The notes: generated by a model not told the origin, from the letters alone. A stretch of DNA of 64,000 nucleotides from Candidatus Bathyarchaeia archaeon (GCA_049515895.1 JBEKTQ010000009.1:38720-102719); one strand, 5' to 3'; positions 27,728 to 38,407 are shown, counted from the first letter of the stretch. Program-made: numbers and translations.

Positions 27728-28402
27728 ATGCGCTTGGTCGTGCGTTTGGGCGGCTCGGTGGTTGCTTCTCCGGTTAACACTGAACTTATGGGCAAATACG
27801 CTGACTTGATTAAAGCAGTGAAGTCCCAGGGTCACGAGGTAGCTGTAGTTATCGGGGGAGGCGCGTTGGCAAGGGAATTCATTGGAATTGCGAAAGATCT
27901 CGGTTTGGACATGCAGGGGCAGGATGAGCTTGCAATTTCGGTGTCTCGATTGTACGCACAACTATTCCTAAAGCGTCTAGGGGAAGCGGGCTGCAACAAA
28001 GTGGCTATCACGCTCGAAGATGCCGCGCAGTGCCTTGGCGAAGGGAAGGTTGTCGTGATGGGTGGGTTGAAGCCAGGAATCACCACGGACGCGGTTGCGG
28101 CATTGGTCGCTGAAAGGCTAAAAGCGGATTTGATGGTGAAGGGCACGGATCAAGAAGGCGTTTATGACAAAGACCCGAGAAAACACAAGGATGTAGTCAA
28201 GCTGGACACTTTGGCATTTGAGGATTTACCGAAGATTTTTGAGGAAAGCACACATAAAGCAGGTATACATCAAATTATCGATCCTGAAGCCATCAAAGTC
28301 CTGAAGCGACACCGCGTTAAACTCATCGTCGTGAACGGCTTTAAACCCGAAAACATTTTGGCAGCGGTCAACGGCGAGAAAGTTGGAACATTGATTAGTT
28401 AG
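27728..28402 (+). CDS. pyrH: UMP kinase
   Basis: VVRLGGS, VIGGGALAREFI, GGLKPGITTD, VYDKDP. Confidence 0.93.
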   Translation: MRLVVRLGGSVVASPVNTELMGKYADLIKAVKSQGHEVAVVIGGGALAREFIGIAKDLGLDMQGQDELAISVSRLYAQLFLKRLGEAGCNKVAITLEDAAQCLGEGKVVVMGGLKPGITTDAVAALVAERLKADLMVKGTDQEGVYDKDPRKHKDVVKLDTLAFEDLPKIFEESTHKAGIHQIIDPEAIKVLKRHRVKLIVVNGFKPENILAAVNGEKVGTLIS

Positions 28403-28449
28403 TTCTATTTCATTTCTTGAAGTTTTTTCTGTCTTTTGCAACAAGTTTA

Positions 28450-28515
28450 AATATCACTATTGATATCGCATATGAAGTCATAATCGATATCGTTAATGAT
28501 ATCGAAGGTGATATC
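28450..28515. promoter_or_regulatory. Phased GATATC boxes, candidate PadR operator
   Basis: GATATC at 28462, 28486, 28498 and 28510, plus AATATC 28450 and GAAGTC 28474: an exact 12-bp period next to the TATA box TTTAAATA. Confidence 0.65.
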
Positions 28516-29134
28516 AATGGATAAAGAAGCAAAACAAGAAAAGAAGCAAATAAAAGAAGAAATGCGTGAAGAAAAACACATCATGTTTCACAGGCGAAAC
28601 TGGCTACGGCACAACGCAATGGTCCCGAAAGGATTCCTCCGTTACCACGTGCTCGAAGCCCTTAACGAGCAGCCGATGTCAGGCTCGGAGCTTATGGATC
28701 AAATCGGGAAACACACAGATGGAGCGTGGAAACCCAGTCCAGGTTCAATCTACCCCCTGCTCGCATGGCTACAAGACAACCGTTACGTTAAGGAACTCCC
28801 GACAGAAAACGGGTTCAAACGGTATGAGTTAACGCAAAGTGGCAAAGATTTTTTTGAAGAACAGACGAAAATCAGAGAAAAATTTAGTCAAAACTCGGGT
28901 TTTCTCGCAAGCCCCTTTTTCGATAGATTCTTTGGAAACATTCCAGAGGAGAAGTCAAATCAAATTCGCAACTCAATGAGACACCTATTCGTGTCATCAA
29001 TTAAACTAGGCAAATCTCTAAGGGAAAACTACTCGGAAAAAGAATTAGATGACGCATTAAAGGTTCTCGATGAAGCATCAGCGAAGCTCGAGGAAATAAG
29101 GAACAGGGTAAAAGGAGAAAAAAGCGATGAGTGA
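28496..29134 (+). CDS. PadR family transcriptional regulator
   Basis: GFLRYHVL..L..QPMSG...WKPSPGSIYPLL...YELTQSG. Likely start ATG 28517. Confidence 0.92.
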   Translation: MISKVISMDKEAKQEKKQIKEEMREEKHIMFHRRNWLRHNAMVPKGFLRYHVLEALNEQPMSGSELMDQIGKHTDGAWKPSPGSIYPLLAWLQDNRYVKELPTENGFKRYELTQSGKDFFEEQTKIREKFSQNSGFLASPFFDRFFGNIPEEKSNQIRNSMRHLFVSSIKLGKSLRENYSEKELDDALKVLDEASAKLEEIRNRVKGEKSDE

Positions 29135-30136
29135 AAACGAAGATATCATTAAGGTTGAAGGTTTAACAAAAGTCTACAACGCACCCTAACCGCCGTGGAC
29201 CACATAAACTTCAGCGTCAAACACGGGGAAATCTTCGGTTTTTTGGGGCCTAACGGGGCAGGCAAAACCACCACCATCAGCATGCTGATAACCGTTACAA
29301 AACCAACTGAAGGTAAAGCCACGGTTTTAGGCGGCGACATTTCGAAGCAAAGCATGGATGTACGAGGCGCAATCGGCGTTGTCCCCCAAGAATACACTGC
29401 GGACGAGGACTTAACAGGATACGAAAACATCCTGTTATGCGCAGACCTTTACGGCATCCCACGTTCGGTTTCGAAAAAGCGTGCGATGGATCTTCTCAAT
29501 CTAGTCGAGTTAACCGGGTTCAAAGACAAACTAGTTCAAACTTATTCTGGCGGCTTGCGTCGAAGATTAGAGTTGGCGTGCGGGTTAATCAACCGGCCAA
29601 AAGTTCTATTTCTAGATGAGCCCACATTGGGTTTAGACGTGCAAACCTGAGCTGCAACCTGGAACTACGTCAAAATGCTCAAGAAAGAATTCGGCATGAC
29701 CCTCTTTTTGACAACGCATTACCTTGAAGAAGCAGACGCGCTATGCGACCGCATCGCAATTATTGATCATGGAAAAATCGTTGTTATAGGCAACCCAACA
29801 GACCTAAAAGACAGCTTAGGCGGAGACATAATAACGTTAGCCATCCAGAAAGACGAGGACATCACCGATTTAGTCAGCAAGGTTGAGCATGTTAAATCAG
29901 TCAAAAAGGAAAATGGATCATACATAATAAAATCTTCCAACGGAGAACTAACTGCGCCGCTAATAATTGAAGCGCTGCGGAAAAGTGGACTCGTCGTCAC
30001 AAAGCTTTCACTGGCGAAGCCAACACTTAACGAGGTTTATTTGCAATATACTGGAAAATCTATGCGTGATGCTGAGGAGTCACGTGAAAACGTTATGCAG
30101 CAACGGGTAGCCATGAGGAGGGCTAGAGCTCGATGA
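29127..30136 (+). pseudogene. DrrA-like ABC ATPase disrupted by a frameshift (~29181) and a TGA at 29648
   Basis: MSENEDIIKVEGLTKVYN/TLTAVDH..GPNGAGKTT..LDEPTLGLDVQT*AATWNYVKML; both lesions are visible. Confidence 0.8.
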
Positions 30137-31044
30137 GCAACGAGGAAACGAGAGTTTCAAAAAGTAGGTTCCATGGACTCTGGGCGCTAACTAACCGAGA
30201 CCTCAAAAAATGGTACCAGAACCCAATTGTCCTATTCATAGGCATAATTCAGCCGATTCTGTGGCTGGCTCTTCTTGGAAAAGCTATGAACATCGGCGCC
30301 ATGTTTACCGCGTCTTCTCTGCCGGCGTTGCCAGCTTTGAATCCGCCTTTGACAGTAGCGCAGCTTAGCGTTTTGGGCCATTACTTCTCTGGTATGCAAG
30401 GCAACATTATGCAGTCGACTTTTGGTACGTCAAATTACTTCTCGTTCATGGCTATGAGCATGGTTGCGTTCGTCACGGTCTTCACAACTGCTTTCGTAGG
30501 CATGTCTGTAGTTTGGGATAGACGCCTGGGCTTCATGAACAAGGTACTAAGCACTCCTGTCTCGCGGTCAGTCATAATAACATCCAAAGTCATCTCGGCA
30601 AGCATTCGCTCAGTATTCCAAGCGGGCATCGTCACAGTCATTGCTTTCATACTCGGCCTCCAGTTAGGAGCAAACTTCACTGCATTCAGCATACTTGGGG
30701 TGTTTGCAATGGTTTTCCTAATCGGCTTCGGGTTGTCGTCGCTATTCACCGCGATTACTTTGAGGACAACAAGAATGGAAACGCCACAAGCCATCTTCAA
30801 CCTAGTAACTCTGCCATTGATGTTTGCCAGCAGTGCCTATTTCCCGACTAAACTAATGCCGAACTGGTTGCAGGCAATTGCATCCGTAAACCCCATATCA
30901 TACACGATTGACGCGGTTAGAAGACTAATGATATTCAGCGATGGATACGGACCCTTGCCACTTGACTTCGCCTACGTCGGCGCCTTCGCAGTTGTGGTAA
31001 CAATCGTATGCGTGGTTCTTTCATGGCGTTACCTGAACAAATAA
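30133..31044 (+). CDS. ABC-2 type permease (DrrB-like)
   Basis: VVWDRRLGFMNKVLSTPV, NPISY. Confidence 0.9.
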   Translation: MSNEETRVSKSRFHGLWALTNRDLKKWYQNPIVLFIGIIQPILWLALLGKAMNIGAMFTASSLPALPALNPPLTVAQLSVLGHYFSGMQGNIMQSTFGTSNYFSFMAMSMVAFVTVFTTAFVGMSVVWDRRLGFMNKVLSTPVSRSVIITSKVISASIRSVFQAGIVTVIAFILGLQLGANFTAFSILGVFAMVFLIGFGLSSLFTAITLRTTRMETPQAIFNLVTLPLMFASSAYFPTKLMPNWLQAIASVNPISYTIDAVRRLMIFSDGYGPLPLDFAYVGAFAVVVTIVCVVLSWRYLNK

Positions 31045-31074
31045 ATACATGCATGGTTTAACCAACGGAAACGC

Positions 31075-31782
31075 ATGTTGAGGAAAAAGAACATGACAGC
31101 GCTAGTTGAAGCAATAGACTTGAAGAAAACGTACATGCTTGGAAAAGTCCCAGTTGAGGCAGTCCGCGGAGTAAACATGAAAGTTGAAGCCGGCGACTTC
31201 GTCTCCATACTTGGGCCCTCAGGCAGCGGGAAATCAACCATGCTAAACCTGATTGGCGCTTTAGACAAGCCAACCTCGGGGCAGCTGCTAATCGACGGCG
31301 AGGACATCTCCAAACTCAACGACAACCAACTAACCGATTTGCGCCGACGGATTGGCTTTGTTTTCCAATTTTTTAATTTAATTCCCAGATTAACCGCAAG
31401 GGACAACGTTGAATTGGCAATGTCAATTGCAGATATGGTAAAGTCTGAAAGAAAACAGAGAGCGGCAGAGCTACTTGAAAAAGTGGGACTAAAAGACAGG
31501 GTAAACCACAAGCCAGCTGAATTAAGCGGTGGACAACAGCAGCGTGTAGCGATTGCTCGAGCGTTAGCAAACAACCCGAAATTCCTGCTACTGGACGAAC
31601 CGACTGGTAACATTGATTCAAGAACGGCGGCTGAAATTGTTGGGTTGCTGAAGAAACTCAACATTGAAAATCATGTTAGCATCATTATGGTTACTCATGA
31701 CCAGCATCTGGCGAGAGAAGCAAACCGGATTTTGGAGATGTTTGACGGTCAATTAATATCTGAAGTGGTGAATCAACAATGA
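31075..31782 (+). CDS. MacB/LolD-type ABC ATPase
   Basis: GPSGSGKST, IGFVFQFFNL, LSGGQQQRV, DEPTGNID. Confidence 0.95.
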   Translation: MLRKKNMTALVEAIDLKKTYMLGKVPVEAVRGVNMKVEAGDFVSILGPSGSGKSTMLNLIGALDKPTSGQLLIDGEDISKLNDNQLTDLRRRIGFVFQFFNLIPRLTARDNVELAMSIADMVKSERKQRAAELLEKVGLKDRVNHKPAELSGGQQQRVAIARALANNPKFLLLDEPTGNIDSRTAAEIVGLLKKLNIENHVSIIMVTHDQHLAREANRILEMFDGQLISEVVNQQ

Positions 31783-33122
31783 AAACCTACGACATTCTAG
31801 GTTACTCTTTTAGCGCAATAAAACTCCGCAAACTCCGCGCAGCATTAACCACCTTGGGCGTAATCATAGGCATCGCCGCAATAGTTGCATTGCTCTCAAT
31901 CACCCAAGGTTTGCAAGTAAGCATAACTAACGATCTTAACCGAGGTCTATCATCGACCTCTTTGATAGTTGTGCCGGGAAGCAACGCTTTAGGAGCTGTG
32001 GGCGGGGGCGCCGGCTTTGGCGGTGGCGGCGGCAGGGCGGCCAGAGCAACGGGCACAACGGGCATAAACTTGGGCGGATCCGGTGCGGCTAGTTCTGGTT
32101 TCGCGTTATACGATAATTATACTAGTCAAATTGACGCTTTGTCGCCTTTGATTACTTCTTCGATGGCTGTTATCGAGCGAGCTGGCTACGTTGACGCTGG
32201 CGGCTTGAACAATTCCGCTACCTTTTACGGAATAAATTTCAGCCAGTACGTGCAGCAGTACCCCACTACGTTTGTTGCGGCCTCAGGAGCCATTCCAACT
32301 AACCCAAGCAACAATGACATAGTTGTGGGCGCACGGGTAAATGATCCCAGAGAGAACGGCACAATTCTCTTTAGTGCAGGCGACAAGGTCGGAATCGTAT
32401 GGACCAACGCGACAACACCACCGATAATAATAAACGAAACCTACACGGCACAGGTTTCAGGAGTGCTCCAAAAGGTCGGTGGCTTCGGATTCGGAGGACC
32501 CTCAGACAACGGCGTTTACATGCCTTTGAGCCAAGCAGTGAGCTTTTTCGGAACAAACCAATGTGACTACATAATCGTTCAGCTTAAAGACAGCAGCAAC
32601 GCCACTATCTCAAACGTCTCCAAACTCATAACCGACCACTTCGACGGCCAAGTAACCGTCATATCCTCAACCGCAGTTCTCAGCTTACTTTCAACCATCT
32701 TCGGTACAATCCAATTGTTCCTCGGCGGAATAGCCGCTATCTCACTCCTCGTCGCAGGCATCGGAATAATGAACATCATGATTGTTTCGCTTATTGAACG
32801 CACACGCGAAATCGGTATCCTAAAAGCTCTAGGAATGAAAAGCAGAACAGTACTTTCAATTTTCCTTGGCGAATCAGCAATTATAGGCTTAATCGGTGCT
32901 TTACTTGGCATACTTTCAGGCTGGATCTTAGCAAACATCACTGCAAGACTTCTTGCTTCAGGGGCATTCGGAGGAACCGGTTTCAAAGTAACGCCGCTGT
33001 TGACTCCCGAAGTTTTCGCTGGATCTTTAGCTTTCGGCATAGGAATCAGCATAATATTCGCCCTTTACCCAGCGTGGCGTGCATCTAAACTTAAGCCAGT
33101 AGAAGCTTTAAGATACGAGTAA
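31779..33122 (+). CDS. MacB/FtsX-like ABC permease
   Basis: GIGIMNIM..S..ERTREIG..KALG; PAWRASKL.PVEALRYE. Confidence 0.93.
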   Translation: MKTYDILGYSFSAIKLRKLRAALTTLGVIIGIAAIVALLSITQGLQVSITNDLNRGLSSTSLIVVPGSNALGAVGGGAGFGGGGGRAARATGTTGINLGGSGAASSGFALYDNYTSQIDALSPLITSSMAVIERAGYVDAGGLNNSATFYGINFSQYVQQYPTTFVAASGAIPTNPSNNDIVVGARVNDPRENGTILFSAGDKVGIVWTNATTPPIIINETYTAQVSGVLQKVGGFGFGGPSDNGVYMPLSQAVSFFGTNQCDYIIVQLKDSSNATISNVSKLITDHFDGQVTVISSTAVLSLLSTIFGTIQLFLGGIAAISLLVAGIGIMNIMIVSLIERTREIGILKALGMKSRTVLSIFLGESAIIGLIGALLGILSGWILANITARLLASGAFGGTGFKVTPLLTPEVFAGSLAFGIGISIIFALYPAWRASKLKPVEALRYE

Positions 33123-33152
33123 CAATAGCAACTAGCAGAGGCGTTTTCACCT

Positions 33153-33596
33153 GTGAAGCGGTTGTACCCTGACCAACCTATCGTAGGAGTCGGCGCAGTG
33201 ATAATCAAAGACGGCAAAATTGCGCTTATAAAACGGGGAAACGAGCCAGCGAGGGGCAAATGGACGATTCCAGGCGGCTTGGTTGAGCTCGGTGAAAGCC
33301 CGGAGAAGGCAGTTGTCCGCGAGGCGAAAGAGGAAACTGGCCTCGACGTTGAGAACCCAGGGTTAGTTGACGTGGTAAGCAATGTTGACCTAGACGAGAA
33401 TGGCAAAGTCAAATACCACTACGTTATCATCGATTACCTTGTTCATGTGACTGCCGGCGACGCTGAAGCAGGAAGTGACGCCGTGGAATTGCGGTGGATT
33501 CAGTTTGACGAAGTGGAAAAGTTTGATTTGACGGCTTCGTTTCGCATGTTTTTTAGACATAACAGGAAAAAACTGGAAAAAGCCAGTTCGTATTGA
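33153..33596 (+). CDS. NUDIX hydrolase
   Basis: Nudix box GGLVELGESPEKAVVREAKEETG. Confidence 0.95.
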   Translation: MKRLYPDQPIVGVGAVIIKDGKIALIKRGNEPARGKWTIPGGLVELGESPEKAVVREAKEETGLDVENPGLVDVVSNVDLDENGKVKYHYVIIDYLVHVTAGDAEAGSDAVELRWIQFDEVEKFDLTASFRMFFRHNRKKLEKASSY

Positions 33597-33627
33597 TCTC
33601 CAAATGATACCTCAAGTTTTGGAGCAG

Positions 33628-35088
33628 CTAGTTTATTTCCCTGAAGAAAAGTCGTGTTTCTCCCATTGTCTTGATGTCTAAGGCTCTCACGCGTGCGACA
33701 ATCGGGAAATCACTTACGACTTTGCCAAGTGTTAGGCAGTGATGCGGCGGCAAATCATGGGCTATTGAACGCACAGTCTCTGCGTCTACTCGTGCTGCTC
33801 GGCTCACAACATCAAGATCATGCTCGTTAGTGAAGTTGAAGAGGAAGATGTTGTCTGCTTGGCGGTAAATCGTTTCCTGGATGGTGTCAGGCTGGTTGGT
33901 AATGAAAGTGGTGAAGATGCCGAAGTGGCGCATGCGGGTCACGATGTCGTCCCAGTAGGTTTCGCGAAGGTAAAGGTGGGCTTCTTCCGCAAAGAGAAAA
34001 ACAGCTTTGAGCTTCCAATTTGACAGGGAATCGACCAGTTTGCCCAATGCGTATTCGACCACGATTTGGCGGTCGATGTTCGAGGTGTTTTTCAGGTTGA
34101 TGACGATGGCGCCTCCTTGGTCTCTGGATTTTATGAGGCTCTCATCTAACAGGGTTGCTTCCCCTGGTGAATCGGTGAAAAAGCCTGAGTTGGATAGGGA
34201 ATGGAAGCGTGAAGCTAAAGCATCGCGTACATGCTGGTTGCAGTTTAAATTACGAATCTCTTCGCCTAGTTCTAGCAAGTTTAGTTTTCCTTTTTCCTTA
34301 AGCATTTTCCATATTCGACGAAATTCGCGGGCTGAGGTTCCAGGCAAGTGCAGTGCGTTTACAAGAATGCCCATTATGGTGTTCAGGTGGAGCTGATCAA
34401 GAGCTACTTTGAAGTTCATCCCGGGCGTTAGGGCGTGGATTTTGTCGTAGTATATGTTTCTTTTGCCGTCGTTGCTCATGCCTAAGCTCGTGTATTCGCC
34501 GTTGAGGTCGAAGATGACTACGGTGGCTTTGTACCCGACCAGGTTAACCATTAGGAGTTTGGATAGGTGGGATTTGCCGCATCCTTTCTTGCCCGTTATA
34601 ATGTTTAACGTGCCATCTATTGCTGACGCGTCAATCGTTAAAAGCGATGAATCTTTGGTGCCACCTAAAACTATCGGGAGTTTCCCGTCGACTTTCGCCA
34701 GCTTCATAAGCATGGGAATAGAAAGTTTTTTGATTGTGGATTGAGAGCGGCTGGGAAGCCAACTACTACTTGGGCTCAACATGTCATTTTCCAATGTAGC
34801 CCTTATTTTGCAGATCAGCAAGCTGGCATCTTGAATGTAAGTTATGTGGGGCGCGATTTCCATCGGGTCAATATCCTCGCCCTGCAGAGGTTCGCCTCCA
34901 TCCGGAAGCGTGCGCAAAAGCTCCTCGAGCACCCCTGGGACAGCGGCGAATTGCACATCAATGACTTGTGCGATTAAGGCTTTTCCAGCATCTTGGTCCT
35001 CAACCAGGAGATAATCGCCTTTTTCAGCGCTTTCCATTGGGAAGCTGATGACTTGAAGGACGTTTCCTTCTTTCTTGTAGAGTTTCAT
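33628..35088 (-). CDS. herA: HerA/FtsK-like ATPase (DUF87)
   Basis: Real start MKLYKKEG at 35088 (ATGA overlap with nurA). Walker A GKKGCGKS, FDLNGEY, LFAEEAH, RMRHFG, TNQP. Confidence 0.85.
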   Translation of the reverse strand: MKLYKKEGNVLQVISFPMESAEKGDYLLVEDQDAGKALIAQVIDVQFAAVPGVLEELLRTLPDGGEPLQGEDIDPMEIAPHITYIQDASLLICKIRATLENDMLSPSSSWLPSRSQSTIKKLSIPMLMKLAKVDGKLPIVLGGTKDSSLLTIDASAIDGTLNIITGKKGCGKSHLSKLLMVNLVGYKATVVIFDLNGEYTSLGMSNDGKRNIYYDKIHALTPGMNFKVALDQLHLNTIMGILVNALHLPGTSAREFRRIWKMLKEKGKLNLLELGEEIRNLNCNQHVRDALASRFHSLSNSGFFTDSPGEATLLDESLIKSRDQGGAIVINLKNTSNIDRQIVVEYALGKLVDSLSNWKLKAVFLFAEEAHLYLRETYWDDIVTRMRHFGIFTTFITNQPDTIQETIYRQADNIFLFNFTNEHDLDVVSRAARVDAETVRSIAHDLPPHHCLTLGKVVSDFPIVARVRALDIKTMGETRLFFREIN

Positions 35089-36164
35089 GCGTAGATTTCT
35101 CCCTTGCCAAATGGCCCAAAAAGCAGCCTGTGCATGTCGGGGCGATTGACGATTTCTATCCCATGCTTGCGGGTAATGAAGTGCTTGATAGCTAAAACCT
35201 CGTTTGCAGTGAAAGTGCACAGAATATGCGAGAGCCGCAGAGTTTCTGGGTAGCTTTGCGTGTAGAGGTCGTTACCTACTAGTTTTTGCATGGCTCCGAT
35301 TTTTTGGTCGTCAGTTGTTTCTTTGTCAATGTCTAAGCGGAACGCGAAACTCTCCCTATTAAGCCGCGCCACGTAAACGTCGCCCAGCAGCATAATCGGA
35401 GGCTTAGAATGCAGACCCGTGGTTTCAAGCAGGTAAGGCGGTTCATGATTGGGAAGCTGCTCAGTTATTAGAATCCCGTTTGCCCTAAGCGTGGTGGCTT
35501 TTGAAAAGGCGAGGACGGTGCTGCTATTTCTTCTCGCATAGCAGAGAATTTCCCGAAGGCGCTGGGTTGGCGTGTCGACGGTTCCAGATGTGAGTGAGCC
35601 ATCGAATAGGATTACGCCGCCTTTCACGGTTTTCGCAAGCATCGTTTGCATCCAACGCTCCAGCAGGCTGGCGAGCCGCGTGGGCATTTGCATAAGGTTC
35701 GGGGCTGATTGATGCATGCTGCTGTATGTGGTACTGAAGTAGGCGTGCTCCAAAGTGTTGTAGACGGTATTCTTGTTGTCTTCTGTTATATGAAAGATGA
35801 ATGGACCTAGCCGCGTGTACTTATAGCTGTGGATTTGGCGCCATGTGATTGCTCCCCGTATGGCGACGATGATGCCGGTGCTTGTCTCGCCGATTTTCAT
35901 GGTTGAGGTGTCGACTGCTGCGATCAGGGTTTCCTGGTGGTCTGCTTTTATCGGTATTGGCTGTGGTCTTATTTGTATGCTTGATGGGCACTGTTCGGTT
36001 ATAGTGGGTTGGTGGAGGTTCTGGGGGTTCAGCTGGAAGGCTTGATGTTGAACTTGTTTTAGTGAGTTTAGGCTTTGCTCCAAAAATCGTTGTGGTAGCG
36101 CTGTGTCGATGTTTGGTTGTGGAAAGTTATATTTGTTAGTAATTGTATATTGTTCAATCACCAT
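35085..36164 (-). CDS. nurA: NurA-family nuclease
   Basis: IAAVDTS, ILFDGSL, AFSK, YPETLRLSHILC. Confidence 0.8.
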   Translation of the reverse strand: MVIEQYTITNKYNFPQPNIDTALPQRFLEQSLNSLKQVQHQAFQLNPQNLHQPTITEQCPSSIQIRPQPIPIKADHQETLIAAVDTSTMKIGETSTGIIVAIRGAITWRQIHSYKYTRLGPFIFHITEDNKNTVYNTLEHAYFSTTYSSMHQSAPNLMQMPTRLASLLERWMQTMLAKTVKGGVILFDGSLTSGTVDTPTQRLREILCYARRNSSTVLAFSKATTLRANGILITEQLPNHEPPYLLETTGLHSKPPIMLLGDVYVARLNRESFAFRLDIDKETTDDQKIGAMQKLVGNDLYTQSYPETLRLSHILCTFTANEVLAIKHFITRKHGIEIVNRPDMHRLLFGPFGKGEIYA

Positions 36165-36253
36165 GATTCACCAATATTCAACAACATGTTGGTGAAATAT
36201 TTAAGTATTGTGCATGCGCATCTTGTACAATACAATAGACAACAAGTGAGAAC

Positions 36254-36661
36254 TTGACAGAAAAACCGCAAAAACCACCAATCAAAGTAAAAATGAAAAT
36301 CGGCGACATAGAATTCGAAATAGAATCCCAAGAGGACCAAATCCAAAGCACCGTAGACAAAATACTCGCCACAGTCACCGAACGCCTAAAAAACACCAAC
36401 CTCAGCCAAGTCGCCGAACGACCGGCCCCCCCGCCAAGAGCAGAAACATGCAAAGGACTCATCCAAAAACTCTGGGAAGAAAACTGGTTTGGCGAACCAA
36501 AAGGCTTAGACGACGTTCACACCGAACTAGCGCGCAGAGGCTTCCACTACGACCGCACAGCCGTAGCTCACGCACTAGTCGATCTGGTCAAAGACAACAT
36601 ACTCACGCGCATTGGCAAACCGCGAAGGTATCAGTACGCTCAAAAAAGACCGCCTGCCTAA
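36254..36661 (+). CDS. Hypothetical protein with C-terminal winged helix
   Basis: KIGDIEFEIE...WFGEPKGLDDV..EL..RG.HY....V...L..LV....LTR...RYQY. Confidence 0.7.
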   Translation: MTEKPQKPPIKVKMKIGDIEFEIESQEDQIQSTVDKILATVTERLKNTNLSQVAERPAPPPRAETCKGLIQKLWEENWFGEPKGLDDVHTELARRGFHYDRTAVAHALVDLVKDNILTRIGKPRRYQYAQKRPPA

Positions 36662-36717
36662 GCTTCAGCGAAGTCGTTGTTCACCTTGCAAAAAAAATTT
36701 ATACCAAATTTTTCTCT

Positions 36718-37077
36718 CTAAATTTTTTTGTAAAAATTCTTCAATTGAGCCAATTCCTTAGATTTTTTTCTCAAGAAGAATATGATGGTAAGTAGACTCC
36801 CATAGGATACTGCGTAAAACAGCGTCACCGGCACTGGGTAAACTAGAATCATGACGATTGAGCCATAAAATGGAGTAAAGATTAGCATCCAAAACACGTT
36901 CAATAGACTTCCTGCGTAAAAGAGAGAATAGACGAAAGGGACTATCCAGATTAGAAAGGCAGTCACTTTGAAACGATGAAATTTGAAAGACTTTGCTAGG
37001 AACCAAGCCAGAGACAAATACATTACCGCATTGGCTGATGCAAGAATTAAGTAGCCGCCGACATCGATAGCTGACAC
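36718..37077 (-). CDS. Membrane protein
   Basis: 3-4 hydrophobic segments. Confidence 0.55.
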   Translation of the reverse strand: MSAIDVGGYLILASANAVMYLSLAWFLAKSFKFHRFKVTAFLIWIVPFVYSLFYAGSLLNVFWMLIFTPFYGSIVMILVYPVPVTLFYAVSYGSLLTIIFFLRKKSKELAQLKNFYKKI

Positions 37078-37396
37078 GCAGGCACCCTTACGCCATTTCG
37101 ATTATCGCCTTAAAAGATTTGCGAATTTGGCAACATTCTGGTTTATAGTGCCTTGCACATTGAGGTGAGTTGATTTTTCTAAAACATCTTTGATGATTAG
37201 ATAACGGGTTTTTCAAATTAACAAGGGGACTAAGTTGGGCCACGGGAAGTATATAGAACCCTGCACAGTCGGACAGCGTTGAATTTTTTTGGCTTCTCGC
37301 AGCATCATATGTCCATGCTTAAGAGATTTGATTTTAGTAGAACCCAACTTTTCCTCCTCTTAAGTTTTAAATATCAATGCTAACATACGCAATCCC

Positions 37397-37885
37397 ATGC
37401 AAATTGTTGAGTTAATTCGTTACAATCATGCCGTACGCGGTTTGTATTTTGATGCTATGGCGAAATTGCCTTGGGCGCAGGTTGTTGAGCCTCGCGGTTT
37501 GAGTTTTGATTCAATGCGTGACGTGTTTTTGCACTTAACACTTGTTGAAGACAGGTGGATAAGCTACGTTATAATTGGGCGGTTTAAGGAGTGGGCTGAC
37601 CTTGACTTTGACGCTTTCACGGATCTAGACGCGTTGAAAAAATATATGCAAAAGACAGCTGAAAACACGGAAGATTATTTGGCAAAACTTTCTGACCAAG
37701 AACTAAGCAGGAAAGTTGTAATTCCGTGGGGCGACAAGCCAGGCTCGAAAATCAGTGTGGAAACGGCTTTGACGCATATGGTTATCGAGGACATGATTCA
37801 CTACGGCGAGCTATCAGCCGCGTTTTGGCAGATGGGTTTGGATGCGCCCTACATGGGTTTTTGGCGGTACAAATTTACGCATTAA
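37397..37885 (+). CDS. DinB/YfiT family protein
   Basis: SMRDVFLH...EDRW; H.....HYGEL. Confidence 0.85.
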   Translation: MQIVELIRYNHAVRGLYFDAMAKLPWAQVVEPRGLSFDSMRDVFLHLTLVEDRWISYVIIGRFKEWADLDFDAFTDLDALKKYMQKTAENTEDYLAKLSDQELSRKVVIPWGDKPGSKISVETALTHMVIEDMIHYGELSAAFWQMGLDAPYMGFWRYKFTH

Positions 37886-37951
37886 TCGAGTTAGCAAAGG
37901 TTTATACTATTATTTTTTCATTGTATCTCTGTAGTTTTTGAAGAAGTTTAG

Positions 37952-38407
37952 TTGGAGGTGAAAATTTTGGCGGATATTGTTGATACTGCCATGTCTTCAG
38001 ACATGTTTAAGACTCTTGTAACAGCCATAAAAGCAGCGGGGTTGGTTGATACGCTTAAGGGTCCAGGTCCTTTCACGGTTTTTGCGCCCACTGACGAAGC
38101 ATTCGCTAAACTGCCTAAAGGAGCACTTGACATGCTGCTCAAAGATCCAATGAAACTGAAAGATGTTTTAACTTTCCACGTGGCTTCAGGGAAAATGATG
38201 GCGGCAGATTTGGCCCAGCACGAATATTTAATGGCGCTTAACGGAGGAGAATTAAGGATAGACGCGAAACGTTGGCACCTACATAAAAACATGAAAGTCA
38301 ACGGAGCAAACATCATCAAACCCGACTTAATGGTGGATAACGGAGTTTGCCATGCCATAGACATGGTGTTAATGCCGAAGATGGCAATGACGGATCAAAA
38401 AATGTAA
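37952..38407 (+). CDS. Fasciclin (FAS1) domain protein
   Basis: GPFTVFAPTDEAF, LTFHV, NGVCHAIDMVL. Confidence 0.93.
   Translation: MEVKILADIVDTAMSSDMFKTLVTAIKAAGLVDTLKGPGPFTVFAPTDEAFAKLPKGALDMLLKDPMKLKDVLTFHVASGKMMAADLAQHEYLMALNGGELRIDAKRWHLHKNMKVNGANIIKPDLMVDNGVCHAIDMVLMPKMAMTDQKM

Noticed and set aside
29648-29650. TGA as selenocysteine or readthrough
   Set aside because: The position is Arg in the paralogue (DPQTR), so a CGA-to-TGA change is simpler; the gene also has a frameshift.
35089-35220. N-terminal extension of HerA in the ORF track
   Set aside because: It overlaps nurA; the ATGA-coupled start at 35088 is more plausible.
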